DNA of 63,690 nt, the filler included, from Craspedostauros australis (Eukaryota): NCBI GenBank assembly GCA_030167865.1. It is 24 parts of 24 records of this genome, joined end to end, with 100 filler letters (N's around TTAATTAATTAA, not from the genome) between each part and the next. Parts side by side here need not be neighbours in the genome. Positions count along the whole stretch, not along the records: positions 6,544 to 15,549 come from JALAGF010002971.1; positions 15,650 to 20,585 come from JALAGF010002972.1; positions 20,686 to 23,586 come from JALAGF010002973.1; 21 more parts are not named here. One strand, 5' to 3'. The notes under the pieces are model-generated. The model was not told where the DNA came from and made no database searches. It saw only the letters and a list, made by a program, of their open reading frames with translations. A program made the position numbers and the translations under genes. This document shows, in pieces, positions 12,176 to 23,686 of this stretch; position 1 is the first letter of the stretch; the number at the start of each line of letters is the position of its first letter.

Positions 12176-14607
12176 CATACTGCCATAGACAATGAATCTG
12201 TTGATACCATCATCGAGGAGGATGCTGTGGTGTATGATGCTGCGATGTATGATGATGACAGTGCAGAGCTCCTCAACAATGAGATGGCAAGTGATGACAG
12301 CCAGGAGGATGGCAGAGATCTTGAGTATGATGAAATGGAACATATGTGGACAACATGGGATGGCAATACAAAGTCTTGGGAGAAACTGTCCTCCATCATC
12401 AGCATGGCCCAACACAACATGCATGGTTTGAGAGACTTCTGCAAACAAGGATACAGCACGATTCCTGGCAAACATGAGACACAGAAGTGGTCAATGATCA
12501 ACAGAGCATGGGAGCGGTTGATCACGATCTCATCGCACATCATCTTTCCCAACAGACCATGTCTGCGCCAATTTGCCAATGTGATGAGATTTGTCAGAGA
12601 TGACAAACGCCTGCCTTAACTCGCCTTGGAAGAAACTGTCTGCCTGATGCTCTTCTTTGGCAATAGAGAGGTGTCCAAAAATGGCAGGTGCAATCCTCGC
12701 GTCAACTTCAACCTGCAAAGACTGTGCTGCCATCCTCACGCACCACTACAAGTGCCTCTCTCCAGAAGATCAGGCAAAGGTCATCTCCATGCGGACTAAA
12801 ATGCACAGCTCCAAGCACAAACGGCTGATCCGTGCCACCAGAACAATTCTCAGGAGCGGACCAATTCCTGTTGGGAAGGCGAGAAGCCGCCTTGGTCGTG
12901 AGAAACTGCAGGAGGTAACTTCCTTCCTCGCCTCTGTCACAAATTTCAAGCCAGGCAGATCGTGCAAGGTGAAGCTCCATGGCGTGGTGTACGATGGTTT
13001 GCCTATCTTCCTCCGCGGCAACCAGACTGTCAGACAGCTATTTCGCCAATACAAGCAGACAGCAACAAAACTGGTGGGATTCAACACGTTCCACAAGGTC
13101 TTGCCCTCCTCACCAAACATGGCAACTGCAAAACAGGTCTTTCATCCTACTATGTGGATATTTTGGAAATGTCCATCAAGTTTACCGATATGCTCATGCG
13201 AATCATCGAAATGCTGGGCACAGATGATGCCACCAAGGATCTGCGCAAAGAGGCACTCGAAATTGGCGAAGAGTGGAACGAAGTCTTCACCTTGTCAAAT
13301 GGGAGTACACACCTTCTCATGTGCACATCCAACGTGAGGACGACCACCTCCACTCAGCACAATTTGCTCTCACCACCGGCGAATGTGACGCCCAACAGGA
13401 AGGCTGTGCACGTTGTGCGCATGCAATGATGTTCTTCTCCTTCCGTGTCACGGACTACCTTGAACGCACCAAGGCTCACATCCACAACCAACAGGACCAA
13501 GCAGAGTTCAACACCATGTTTGGGGCTGTGTCTCTGTGTGATAAGCAGCTTGGTGTGTACATGTCACACAAGGTGAGGGCAATGGTGCAATTCGAGCAAA
13601 TCCGAAAGGAGAAGGAATCACTTATCAATGAAGAAGACAAAATGATCATTGTGCTTGATCACAAGCAGAAGATATTGCCCATCTGCAGCAAAGAATGTCA
13701 ATCAGCATATTTTGCCAAAAAGGGAATGTCACTTCTGGGTGTGATGACCATTACTTATGAAGGAGGTGAGTACCACTATCGCTTTGTGGACATGCTGATA
13801 AAAAACTACCATGCACAAGATCAAGTGCAGGTTGCAGGACTTCTCAAGCTACTTATGGCAGACATCTTTCCTGTCATGCATCCGGACAAGAAAAAACGTC
13901 ATCCAGAGTGACAACGCAAGCTGCTTTGACAGCCCATCATTGATGCACTACATTTATGGGCTGAACCGAGGAGAACATGATGTGAAATTCAACCCCGAAG
14001 GCACCGCGGAAGAAAAGGCCCAATCATACACCGATGCAAAAATGGAGATCAACAACATCACCACCCATCCTGATGCCTCCTGCAGGACAAGGCAATGAAT
14101 AAGCCACCCAACCACCCAATCCACGCCCAAGATTGCCAAGTGCATCTACACTGAAGCACAGACTGGAAAGGGGCTCCTTGATGCACATTTCAGCTACACC
14201 AATGGCAGGCTCATATGGTACATTGATGGGGCCAAAATGGTAAGGAACAAACAGAAGAGGATGTTTTCCATGTGCTTGTGGAAGGGGAAAACTTATTGGC
14301 ACCGCTCTTGTTTCCAGTCAACGAGAAGCGAAAATCGACCTTCTCCACCACGATTAAGCTCCGGACAAGAGCAACCCACCAGGTGGACATCCTTGACAAT
14401 TGTGTACATGTCACAGCATCATCCGGAGTGTCCAAACCAGAAGTTGTTGCACACACACAGCTTGATCTGTACTACATGCAGGACCTTGACATCTGCTTGT
14501 TGGAAGGGGAAGTGAAACCAGTCACTGCGGCGTTCACATCCAAACCACAACCAAAGCAAACCGCTCAAGCAACGGCGAACGCGAAAAAAGAAACGCGAGC
14601 AAACTGA
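12176..14607 (+). pseudogene. Sola3-like DDD transposase pseudogene (frameshifted)
   Basis: Catalytic blocks 'VLDHKQKILP..KECQSAYFAKKGMSLLG', 'QSDNASCF' and 'YTEAQTGKGLLDAHF' spread across shifted frames; family assignment from recalled motifs, not from a search. Confidence 0.7.
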
Positions 14608-15131
14608 TGTCAACTGGTGTCACACTGGGAGGCACGATGTGGTATGTACTGCACGAATGTAGATAGAAAACACTGTGGATATGTATGATAAGGTACAGCA
14701 GTGAAGCAAAATGAGACACCTGGAGTGTATGAGACAAAACAAAAAGAAGTAGGGGAAAGAAATCATGTACACAAGGAGGAACATTGGGTGGTACTGTGGA
14801 TTATACTTGCTATCTAAATTGGAATTGAAGGAGATGAAGAGAGTGATCTCAGAGTTCTAAAAACGGTACAATCAAATGACAGTTAGATCTACGTTGACTA
14901 CATCCCGGATTTTCCATATGTATGGATTGCGCCCGTGTCCCGCTGGTGAAGGCCTCACAAGTAGGATGAAGCAGGATGGCATCCATTTCGTATGTTGCTT
15001 GCATCCAGAAGGGAGGCAACCGAAGATCGCACGGGAAAGTCGCACATATTTTGAAACGCCTCTTGTTCCGTTGTTGCCTTGTGACCCGACCTGACCCGAC
15101 CCGACCTGACCGCCTTGCGTAGTTACCAACA
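14605..15131. mobile_element. Non-coding module containing a degenerate arm B (CCCGGATTTTCCATA at 14918) and ending TTACCAACA
   Basis: 14790-14918 resembles 37850-37989 and 1100-1191; the right end CCAACA abuts a truncated transposase; left boundary approximate. Confidence 0.5.
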
Positions 15132-15549
15132 TACAAAGTGGAAATGTGTATTGATTGGGCACTTGCCAGTTTGAGCTTCAGTATTCACCCATTGCATGAT
15201 TTTTGGTAGATTCGCCATTGCCTCTTGGTTCTGCATGTGGTAGATGAATGGGACAAGTTGTTGACTTGCAAAGCAGCTCGCATTGTCACTCTTGATGACA
15301 AGGGTTTTGGCGCCCGGATGCATCTCCTGTACAAGCCCTGGCAAAATGGTCAACACCGCCGCCACCATCCTGTGGTCTTGAGCTTTGTGACCTTTGACCA
15401 GGAGGTCAATGAAACGATGGTGACAGTCACCTTCTTTGGAAACTGTGGTCATGACACCAAGCAGCGACATGCCATTCTTCCCGAAGAAATCCTGTTGTGA
15501 CTCCAATCGCTCTGAAGGTAAGATCTTCTGTTTGAAGTCAACGATGCAA
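15132..15549 (-). pseudogene. Sola3-like transposase catalytic fragment
   Basis: 'ESQQDFFGKNGMSLLGVMT...KSDNASCFASQQ...NTEAQTGK'. Confidence 0.7.
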
Positions 15550-15733
15550 NNNNNNNNNNNNNNNNNNNNNNNNNNNNNNNNNNNNNNNNNNNNTTAATTA
15601 ATTAANNNNNNNNNNNNNNNNNNNNNNNNNNNNNNNNNNNNNNNNNNNNGTTGCTGCCCACTGTTGCTGCCCACTGTTGCTGCCCACTGTTGCTGCCCAC
15701 TGTTGCTGCCCACTGTTGCTGCCCACTGTTGCT

Positions 15734-16512
15734 TGTCAGGAATCGAGGGTACGACAATGTCGTGTTATCCTAGATTGCCACACCTCCCATAATACCAAAA
15801 ATAGACTGACCGATCTACCAAAGTCGGACACACTCCCAAGTCGATTGTGGACCTTCGCCCTCTGTGTGTCAAGAGTATGACGGACAAAGGACAGACTAAT
15901 GATGTGACATGTTTTGAGATGATTGGCAAACTAACATGGCGAACAGTGGATGCGAAAGGGAGACTGGAACACCGAAGTGTTCCAATCACGAGGGTTGACC
16001 AGTCGAACCGAAACACCTATGCGAAAATGCCATCATGCGAAAATGCCATCACTGTTGTATCAATCAAAACTCAGACCATGATTACGTGACTAACAGAGAA
16101 CCGCCGAAGGAGAACAAAGCGCGGACTGGAACAGTATCGAAGGACTGGACTGATCGTGCCAGAACTCTATGTTCTGAACCAAATGTGACCAACAGTGAAC
16201 ATGTGAGAAGAGTGAGTGAACAACATGAAAGAGTGCACTGGATGAGTGATGGATGCCTGATCGGAAGAGAGTGAAACTCAGCATCGGCATGCATGCACTG
16301 CAGGAGTGTAGGAGGAAACCTCTATGATTGAACATGATGAAATGAACCTTTCATGAGCAATGAGATGTGAATGATGGAGAGGGTGTGCTATGATGATTGC
16401 AGGAGCAACTTCAGGGCGCAACCAGCATCATCATGGGCAAACGACTTGAGGAATTGAGAAATGAAGGTGTATAAAGGTTAAACTACAGTATCTATACCCC
16501 GGATTTCCAACA
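15734..16512 (+). mobile_element. 779-bp TGT...ACA module, arm A to arm B (mirror at 8872-9650)
   Basis: TGTCAGGAATCGAGGGTACGAC ... ACCCCGGATTTCCAACA. Confidence 0.8.
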
Positions 16513-18238
16513 CAAGTACCCAGAAAAGAACTTCGTCAAAGGGTACGTGACACTCAAGAAAACGCTGGTCAAGAACAAGATCTTCTTTGGTAAGTCGTTG
16601 CCAATGCAACAAAAGAGTGAATCATTCCACTGGATGGGCAGCTTCGTTTGGGATGCTGGTGATAACCTTGTTGCAATTGTCATTCTGCAGCTTGTGTTCA
16701 TGCACTACTTGCCATGACATCAACACTCACCAGGAACTCCATCTCTTCATTGTTTTTGTGCTTTTGTTTCTGAGTGTGCCAGCAAATGGTGGCTTCAATC
16801 CGGACGCGTCCGGCAATCTGGGCATGCACCTTCGCCCAATTGATGAGCCTGATGGCTTTGACAACACCAAGCCTTCGAAGTCCCCTCCTGCCAAGGCCAA
16901 CACAGCAACAACCAAAGCTTCCACAATGCCTGAATTACCATGCAACATTGCAACCAACACAGACAACAGCCACCATGGGGAGTCAGATCCCAGCCAAACC
17001 TCCAAAATGGCATCCGAAGCTGACACGTCCACACAAAATGACACCTGCCTCAACAATGATTGGGTCATCAGTGACTTTGGAGCAGAGATTTCGTCAGTGG
17101 TTGGTGCGGACATGGATTTCGATGATGACATTGCAGTTGTGGGCATGTCATGCCCACCACTGTATGATCCACTCACAGCAAGGTATGGGCATTTCTTTGG
17201 AATGTCCGAAAACGCTCGCGTCTCCAACTTCTGTTCCCTTGCAAAACATGTGGACGTCTTCTACACAACGCAAATGTGGAGACCGAAGGGAGAGGCATTC
17301 AGGATGATCAGCATCAACTTCTACATGCTAGCAGGGACCATACAAGAAGACACCCAGCTCACGATTCAATATTGTGATGTGGACAGCGTGCCTCGTTCAT
17401 TTGTGGTACTGAAGTATCAGCCTCCAGTGGTAATTGGAGCAGAAGGGGGTGTCACAAAGGTGATATGCAAGCTGCAGGCAAGGGAGTTGGTGGATGCAAC
17501 ACAGAAGGCGCAAGCACATGACCGACAAATGCAGAAGGCCAGTTGTTTGAATGGGCACGAGTGCGAAATGCTCGTGCCAATGCCCTTTGCAATTGACACC
17601 ATGTTCTGCCCATCCGCTTGCGGCACACTTGGGGGCGTTGTCTGGCTCAATCATGTGATGTCAGACAACACTGGGGCACCATGCAAAGTGCTCATTTTGT
17701 CAACAAGGCTGAAGGAGAAGACAACCACTGTGGGCATGACATGCAGATTTTCAAAAATGCATTCACTTGGTTTCAGCTCAGGCCAAAGCAATGACATCGC
17801 AAAGGGAGCCAAGTCTCACATGGTTTCATCACAGGCACACACAATCCCCTTCCACAATGACAACAACAACAACAACAATTCCACCAACTCACCATCTACC
17901 AGCAACATCCGCAAGGCATCGTTATGGCCACAGACGATCCAACCCGTGACCCCAATGGCCAGCCGCATCCAACGACCCTTGCAATCGCCAACAACAATGC
18001 AGAGTCTCCACACCGTCCAGGCACTGGGAATGGTGTCTGTAGATGATCAATCGGTGACAACGCAGGTGACCGAGGTGTTGGAGGCACAATTGGAATGCCA
18101 GGTTGGGAGGGTGGCCGAACTAGAGCTGAGGGTGGCACTGCAAAAGCAGGCTGCCAGAGAAAGGGCAGAGCGGAAACGGCAGGCACATGTCATTCCAAGA
18201 GGACGGGTTGCAGGTGGAGACGATGAGCAAGTCACCTC
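16513..18238 (+). pseudogene. Spliced gene fragment of unknown function, truncated at both ends (predicted intron 16590-16782)
   Basis: Open exon KYPEKNFVKGYVTLKKTLVKNKIFF, GTAAGT donor at 16590, pyrimidine tract and CAG at 16782; the splice rejoins the frame of the 568-aa ORF, which runs on into the next module. Confidence 0.55.
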
Positions 18239-19047
18239 TGTTGGCAAGTTCCGTGATTGGAAGCCTACGATCGTGGAAGATGGTGTTGGTTGATAGTCGT
18301 TCGTTTGCTTTTTCATTACTTGGCTACTCCGATCCTCTCGGTGTACGCCTGTTCTCTTGCCCGATACTCTCGGCACGTTTGTCCTGTCTTGTAGGTTCAG
18401 TCTCCGACTTTGAGTCGGTGTGCGAGATGTTCTCTCGCTACTCTTCGTATTCTCTCTCTCTCTCTCAATATCGTGTACTCGTGCTACACGATACTTCACG
18501 TTCAATGCGTACTCCGCATTCGACACTCTGTTCGTTCACTACTGGTTCTTACTCCATGAGTACTTACCATTTGAAGTTCACCTCCTGTATCCATGATCTT
18601 GATGCCCTTCGGTCATTGGATCTTTGCCTCCTGCTCTGACCTGGAGACAGATGTCGACGTGGTGACATGTTGACATCCTGTCAACGTCAGTAGGCATCCT
18701 TCTGCTCTCCAGATGTCACGTTCCATTGGTGATGCAGTGGTCTGTCAGATGACATCGTCATCTGAGGTTTAGTTGGGAGGTACCTCAAGATTCGCTTGGT
18801 ACCATACGTCTCCATTGATGGATGGACGGACGATATTTCTAATTCTCTCAGAAATCGTCGATTGCAAATTTCCTCCAGAAATTCTGCTCATTTTCGTGTG
18901 TTCCATTTCCACTGTAATTCTGACGAATCACAGCATACTATCGACACGAATGTAGTTGTACCGTCCAAGTACGTATGAGAGAATAACGGGTGAACGATGC
19001 ACATATACACGTACATCTCGACATATACTCACATGTACATCTCGACA
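18239..19047 (+). mobile_element. 809-bp TGT...ACA module, arm C to arm D
   Basis: Starts TGTTGGCAAGTTCCG (also at 38142) and ends CATGTACATCTCGACA (also at 31236, 60976). Confidence 0.8.
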
Positions 19048-20585
19048 GGCAGGTGCTGTTGTGGTGGTGGTGCTGAGTGTAGATTTATCCTGTCGTATTT
19101 TTGAATTGCGGCGAAGCGCGAAATGAGCGCAGTGCATGGGGTCTTCTTCGCACTTGATCTGCATGTGCGAATCAGTATACTCCCACTTGAGGAATGTGAT
19201 CATTAGGTCCAGATCGCGCACCAATGTCTCACAGGTTTGAATATACTCCACAGTTAAGTCGTCGTGCCCGTCATCACTGTTGAATGAATCCTCGAGTAGG
19301 GTATTCAAGCGCACGAGCATCTCCTTCAGCGTCTTTGTTGCCATCCAGAAGTAGTTTTCAAAAGAGGAGAGACCAGTAACCACTTTGCCTCTGCGCGTGA
19401 GCATTCCTGTCATTGATCGGAATGCTTGCTCCCCAACTGGGTTGTTCGTCGTAGTTTTGTACATTGGAACAGTTCGCCCACGCTCGTTCCGCCACGTTCG
19501 GATACTGGCACGTTTTCAAATATCACCCCTCCCCATTTGATATTGTGACAAAGGCCTGCCTTGTATGTGGTAGTGTTGCTGATGAAGGACACCACGCCAG
19601 CCAAGCTGTAAGCGCTGACACGATAGTTGTAGACAGCAGCACCAGCCACGTTGCCCTCGCGCAACAGCTCATAGTAGTTGCGCAGAGTGAAGAGCTGGCC
19701 CCGTGTGACAGTGTATTGCTGTGGCAAGAGGCTGAGACGCTGAACGTCGGGAAGTTCGCCCTTGGATTGGGTGAGGAGGTTTGTGCACTGGCGTGGCAAG
19801 GCAGACATGGCAAGAATGCACCTTGCTGTTCGTGCAATGTTCTTCTCGCCGACGAGGCAAATCGTGTATAGATTGGGAGCCAGCTTGACTGGCGGCAAGT
19901 CCACTCCTGCGCACATGAACGCAACCACTTGTTCCATCTGTGGAACTGGCAAGGTCATGGCTGGGATCAGTGCTTACCACAGCGCATTGGAGGCCACCAC
20001 AAAGATCTTCTTTGCTTTGCTTCACACTTGCTTGTCAGAATTGCGCCCCAACACAAGCCTGTAACGCGGCAAGTCGGCCAGCACAGTCGCAAGGTTCTTC
20101 ACTCCAAGCTCTTGCAAAACCTCGTGGATGGTTTCAAACGCATCTCTCTTGTTCGTGTTGTGCTTGTTTTGGAATCTTCCCGCGTTTGATTTCCTGCTCT
20201 TGATTTTGTTGCGTCCCTTGGGGCGGAAGGCTTCGTCGTCACCAGCCTTGCGGCATTGGATGCGTTTGCCTTTCTTTGCTGGTTGGATAGTCGGTGCGGG
20301 AAGGGGTGCGGGGAAAGCTGGAGGAGTCGGGACGCAGACTTTTACATGCACTTTTGTCCCAGCATTGCAGCCCTGTCCAAAGGCCTGCACTGTGACCTTA
20401 GAGGTGTCAAGAATCATGCCATTGTTGGTGGTGATGTGCACATGGACAAAGAGCTTCTCGTTGGTTGCATTGAGTGTGCGATTTTGCTCGTGGTTGCCTA
20501 AGATCTCAACGTCACACTCGTTGTCGAAGGTCGCGCCTTCGAGCACAGAAGGGAGGAGCTTGTCTGTTGCAGAAGCCCGATTGTG
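19048..20585 (-). pseudogene. Sola3-like transposase gene, N-terminal part, 3'-truncated at arm D
   Basis: 'TGLSSFENY...FLKWEYTDSHMQIKCEEDPMHCAHFAL' is homologous to 'TGLSSYYV...VKWEYTPSHVHIQREDDHLHSAQFAL' in 12962-13911. Confidence 0.65.
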
Positions 20586-20685
20586 NNNNNNNNNNNNNNN
20601 NNNNNNNNNNNNNNNNNNNNNNNNNNNNNTTAATTAATTAANNNNNNNNNNNNNNNNNNNNNNNNNNNNNNNNNNNNNNNNNNNN

Positions 20686-22677
20686 AAGGAACTCGAATGT
20701 CTCAGGCATCGCCTCGGGAAGGCCTTGATGGAGCTTACATCACACCCCATTCTGGGAGAGAGCTGGATGGTGTTCGTTGCTGCGGACCAATTCGAATCGA
20801 TGCCGGTGATGTTGCCTCCAGTTGAAGTCGTTTCGCCGCTCGATTTGGTCCACCTCAACCTCACAGCGGGTCAGATGGCAGTCTCAGTCTCTGCCTTTGT
20901 GCACGCATCGAAGTATCTCAACCGAGCCTTACAGATGATCGAAACCATGGTCCATGATGCGTGGGAAACGCAACATGATCTGTGCCTTGAGGTGTACAAG
21001 ACCTTGGCAAAGGTCGAGCTGAGCCTTGGCTACCATGACCGTGGATCGGCGTTGTGCAAAACTGTTCTGAGCAAGAGCACGAGTGCTGCTGATGTCATCT
21101 CAACCAAGATTGCTCTCGCATACTCTCTCAATCGAATCAGCCGATACAACGAGGCCTTGGTCTTTCTGTTTGAGTCGATCCGCACGATGTACAAGTTCCC
21201 TCGGAGGAACCACCTTGCACTTGCGTTCTGGGATATTCGATACATCCGGAAACACCTCGACAAGCACACGGATGATGAAATCCTATCAAAGTCGACCATG
21301 ACAGATGAAAAATTGAAGTTTGTAATGGCGCTGATTCTGCTATCGATCGAATGTTCATATCAAGCCCAACAGCATGGAACTACAATCCTCCTGATTACAC
21401 GTCTGGTGCGACTCACTTTCAAGCACGGCCTTATTGCTCATGGTGCCCACGGATGTCTGGCGCTGGGATCGTTCTCGATGAATAATTTGGGAGACCCGGA
21501 GCGAGGAAAACGGCTCTCGATCATCGGTCAGAAGATGATGAAAGCAACGCCATCAAAAGACCTTGTCGCAGCCTTCAACGTGGTCCTCACCATCTTCGTC
21601 ACTGTATGGTGGGAACCGCTGCATGTTGCCCTGCTGACCCTGAAGGACGGTCAGAGAGCTGGTATGGAAACCGGCATGCTGGACTCCGCGTACAAAAACT
21701 GGGGGAGCACGATCGTGCTGAGGTTCCTGTATGGATTGCCATTGGGTCCGATCCAGAACACCAGCTGGAAGTACGTACAGCAGCTACGGCACTACAACCT
21801 CACGGCAATCGCATCTGCCCATGACCATATCCACTACACCATCGAATATTTGTTGCGTGACTACGACGATAGTCACCCTTGGATCACGGTGGTGGTGCCA
21901 CCTTTGGACCAAATCGATGGCTCGGAATACTTCACGTGGATGTACTTCTACTGGAGTCGCATTCAGCTCGCAACATACTTCGGCCAGCTGGAGCAAGGCA
22001 AAACTTACATCAAGCCACTCTACGCTGTAACCAAGCTGGAGGTCACGTACATGATGGAATCTACGAAGATCTACCATTCCGGACTCATCTGCTCCAGGTT
22101 GGCTCGGCAGTACAGGCAACAAAATCAGCAACGGCGGCATCGGAAGTACCTCCGACGAGCAAGGCAATTTCTCGCCCAAATGAAATACTGCATCGAAGCA
22201 AAGGGCGGTAACAACCTGCATCGCTTTCTGCTGATGGAGGCAGATATCGAAGCGGCATCGTCATCCCGATCCATCGATATCGCGAAGGCGGCATACAACA
22301 AGGCGATATCGTGCTCGGCCCGGTCTGGTCACATCCACGATACGGCCTTGGCGTACGAGTTGGCTGGTGAATACTTCATGTCCGCACCCACCGTGGTCAA
22401 CCCCCGCTCACCTGGCGCAAGTCACGAGGATGCCACTGACAACGCATTCTGGTCACGGCAGTATCTGTCGAATGCACTATCGTTGTATGATGAATGGGGC
22501 GCAACGGCAAAGGTGCAGCAGATGAGGGCGACGTACCCGCAGGATCAATTCATCGTTACATCCGAAGGAACCAACGGAGGGCGACAGTCAGGCCAAGCCC
22601 GGCACACTACCGATGCCCGCATGTGCATCGAGACTGCCCACAAGATGTTCGCTGAAATTAATTTAGATGTTCTGTAA
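20686..22677 (+). CDS. C-terminal helical/TPR-like region of an AAA-ATPase-linked sensor kinase/cyclase-type protein (5'-partial)
   Basis: Uninterrupted 650-aa ORF with 'LNLTAGQMA...SAF..AS.YL', 'AYNKAISCSARSGHIHDTALAYELAGEYF' and 'LYDEWGATAKV', typical of this family. Confidence 0.8.
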   Translation, partial: KELECLRHRLGKALMELTSHPILGESWMVFVAADQFESMPVMLPPVEVVSPLDLVHLNLTAGQMAVSVSAFVHASKYLNRALQMIETMVHDAWETQHDLCLEVYKTLAKVELSLGYHDRGSALCKTVLSKSTSAADVISTKIALAYSLNRISRYNEALVFLFESIRTMYKFPRRNHLALAFWDIRYIRKHLDKHTDDEILSKSTMTDEKLKFVMALILLSIECSYQAQQHGTTILLITRLVRLTFKHGLIAHGAHGCLALGSFSMNNLGDPERGKRLSIIGQKMMKATPSKDLVAAFNVVLTIFVTVWWEPLHVALLTLKDGQRAGMETGMLDSAYKNWGSTIVLRFLYGLPLGPIQNTSWKYVQQLRHYNLTAIASAHDHIHYTIEYLLRDYDDSHPWITVVVPPLDQIDGSEYFTWMYFYWSRIQLATYFGQLEQGKTYIKPLYAVTKLEVTYMMESTKIYHSGLICSRLARQYRQQNQQRRHRKYLRRARQFLAQMKYCIEAKGGNNLHRFLLMEADIEAASSSRSIDIAKAAYNKAISCSARSGHIHDTALAYELAGEYFMSAPTVVNPRSPGASHEDATDNAFWSRQYLSNALSLYDEWGATAKVQQMRATYPQDQFIVTSEGTNGGRQSGQARHTTDARMCIETAHKMFAEINLDVL

Positions 22678-23686
22678 GCATGTACATAATTGAGTTCGCG
22701 AGATATTTGGGCCGTGGGTTCCTCTAATCTTCGACAGTCCATTTCGCACCATAGCCCGTAAGACACTTGGACGACATCTACCCATAGCTAGAGGTCTTGG
22801 GAACTTGGCACAAGGTGTAGCCACACTCAAATGCTCGCGGAGACTCCGATAGGGTCACTTGGGACATGGTGCATCATTGTCGCAGACCCAGATGAGACGA
22901 GTGTGTTGCCTCTCATCTTTCCTCATGTCAATTTGTGGTGCATGGGTCTGACCTATGTTCGTCTGTACCAGTGGTACCGAAAACCACGATTGAATTCATT
23001 GCGGAGACCTCGTGAATCCGGCCTGGCCAAACAGACTCCTTTCAGCAACGATTGTTGCCGACTTCAATGAAGGTACTAACACCATAGTCGTTGGATTTTC
23101 GTGTGCTGTTGTGACACGATCCGGAAGGGAAGGCTTTGCTGACTGCCAGTTCAAAGGAAGTTGTTGATGCAGTTAGCGAGGAATGACCATCTGGGAAGTA
23201 GTAGTGTTGACAATGAGTAGATAAGTGATGTTTGCACTGATCTTGAGTTGTGCTATTTGGTATTCGATAGTTCTGCATTGTGAGTTGATCAGATGATGAA
23301 GGTAGGATGAAGAAACGATGTTCACATGACTGGTGCGGCTCTGCACTCATCCTCAGAGGTTCAGAGTTGAGAACGGACAGGGCTCCTTGCTCTCTGTTAC
23401 CTTTACTGTCTGCAGTAGTCTTTCTACATTCAAGTACAAGAACTTGACATCTTGTTTGGAGTTGTAGGTGGAGATACAGCAGACAGGTGATGGGAGTTAC
23501 AGTTGGATTCCTGGCTTGTGTTGGAGCAGGTTGGATCTCCTTGTTGTTATCAAGTAGAGGAAGCAGGTGTCATAGCTGACAAGGGANNNNNNNNNNNNNN
23601 NNNNNNNNNNNNNNNNNNNNNNNNNNNNNNTTAATTAATTAANNNNNNNNNNNNNNNNNNNNNNNNNNNNNNNNNNNNNNNNNNNN

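Noticed and set aside
6544..18840. Giant 3.2-kb terminal inverted repeat element (Polinton or foldback-like)
   Set aside because: The two copies are on different contigs separated by a linker, look identical and both run to or near contig ends; most likely one locus assembled twice. No polymerase or capsid genes seen.
510..19047. Retrozyme (hammerhead ribozyme) interpretation of the modules
   Set aside because: No CTGANGA...GAAA core with supporting helices found by eye
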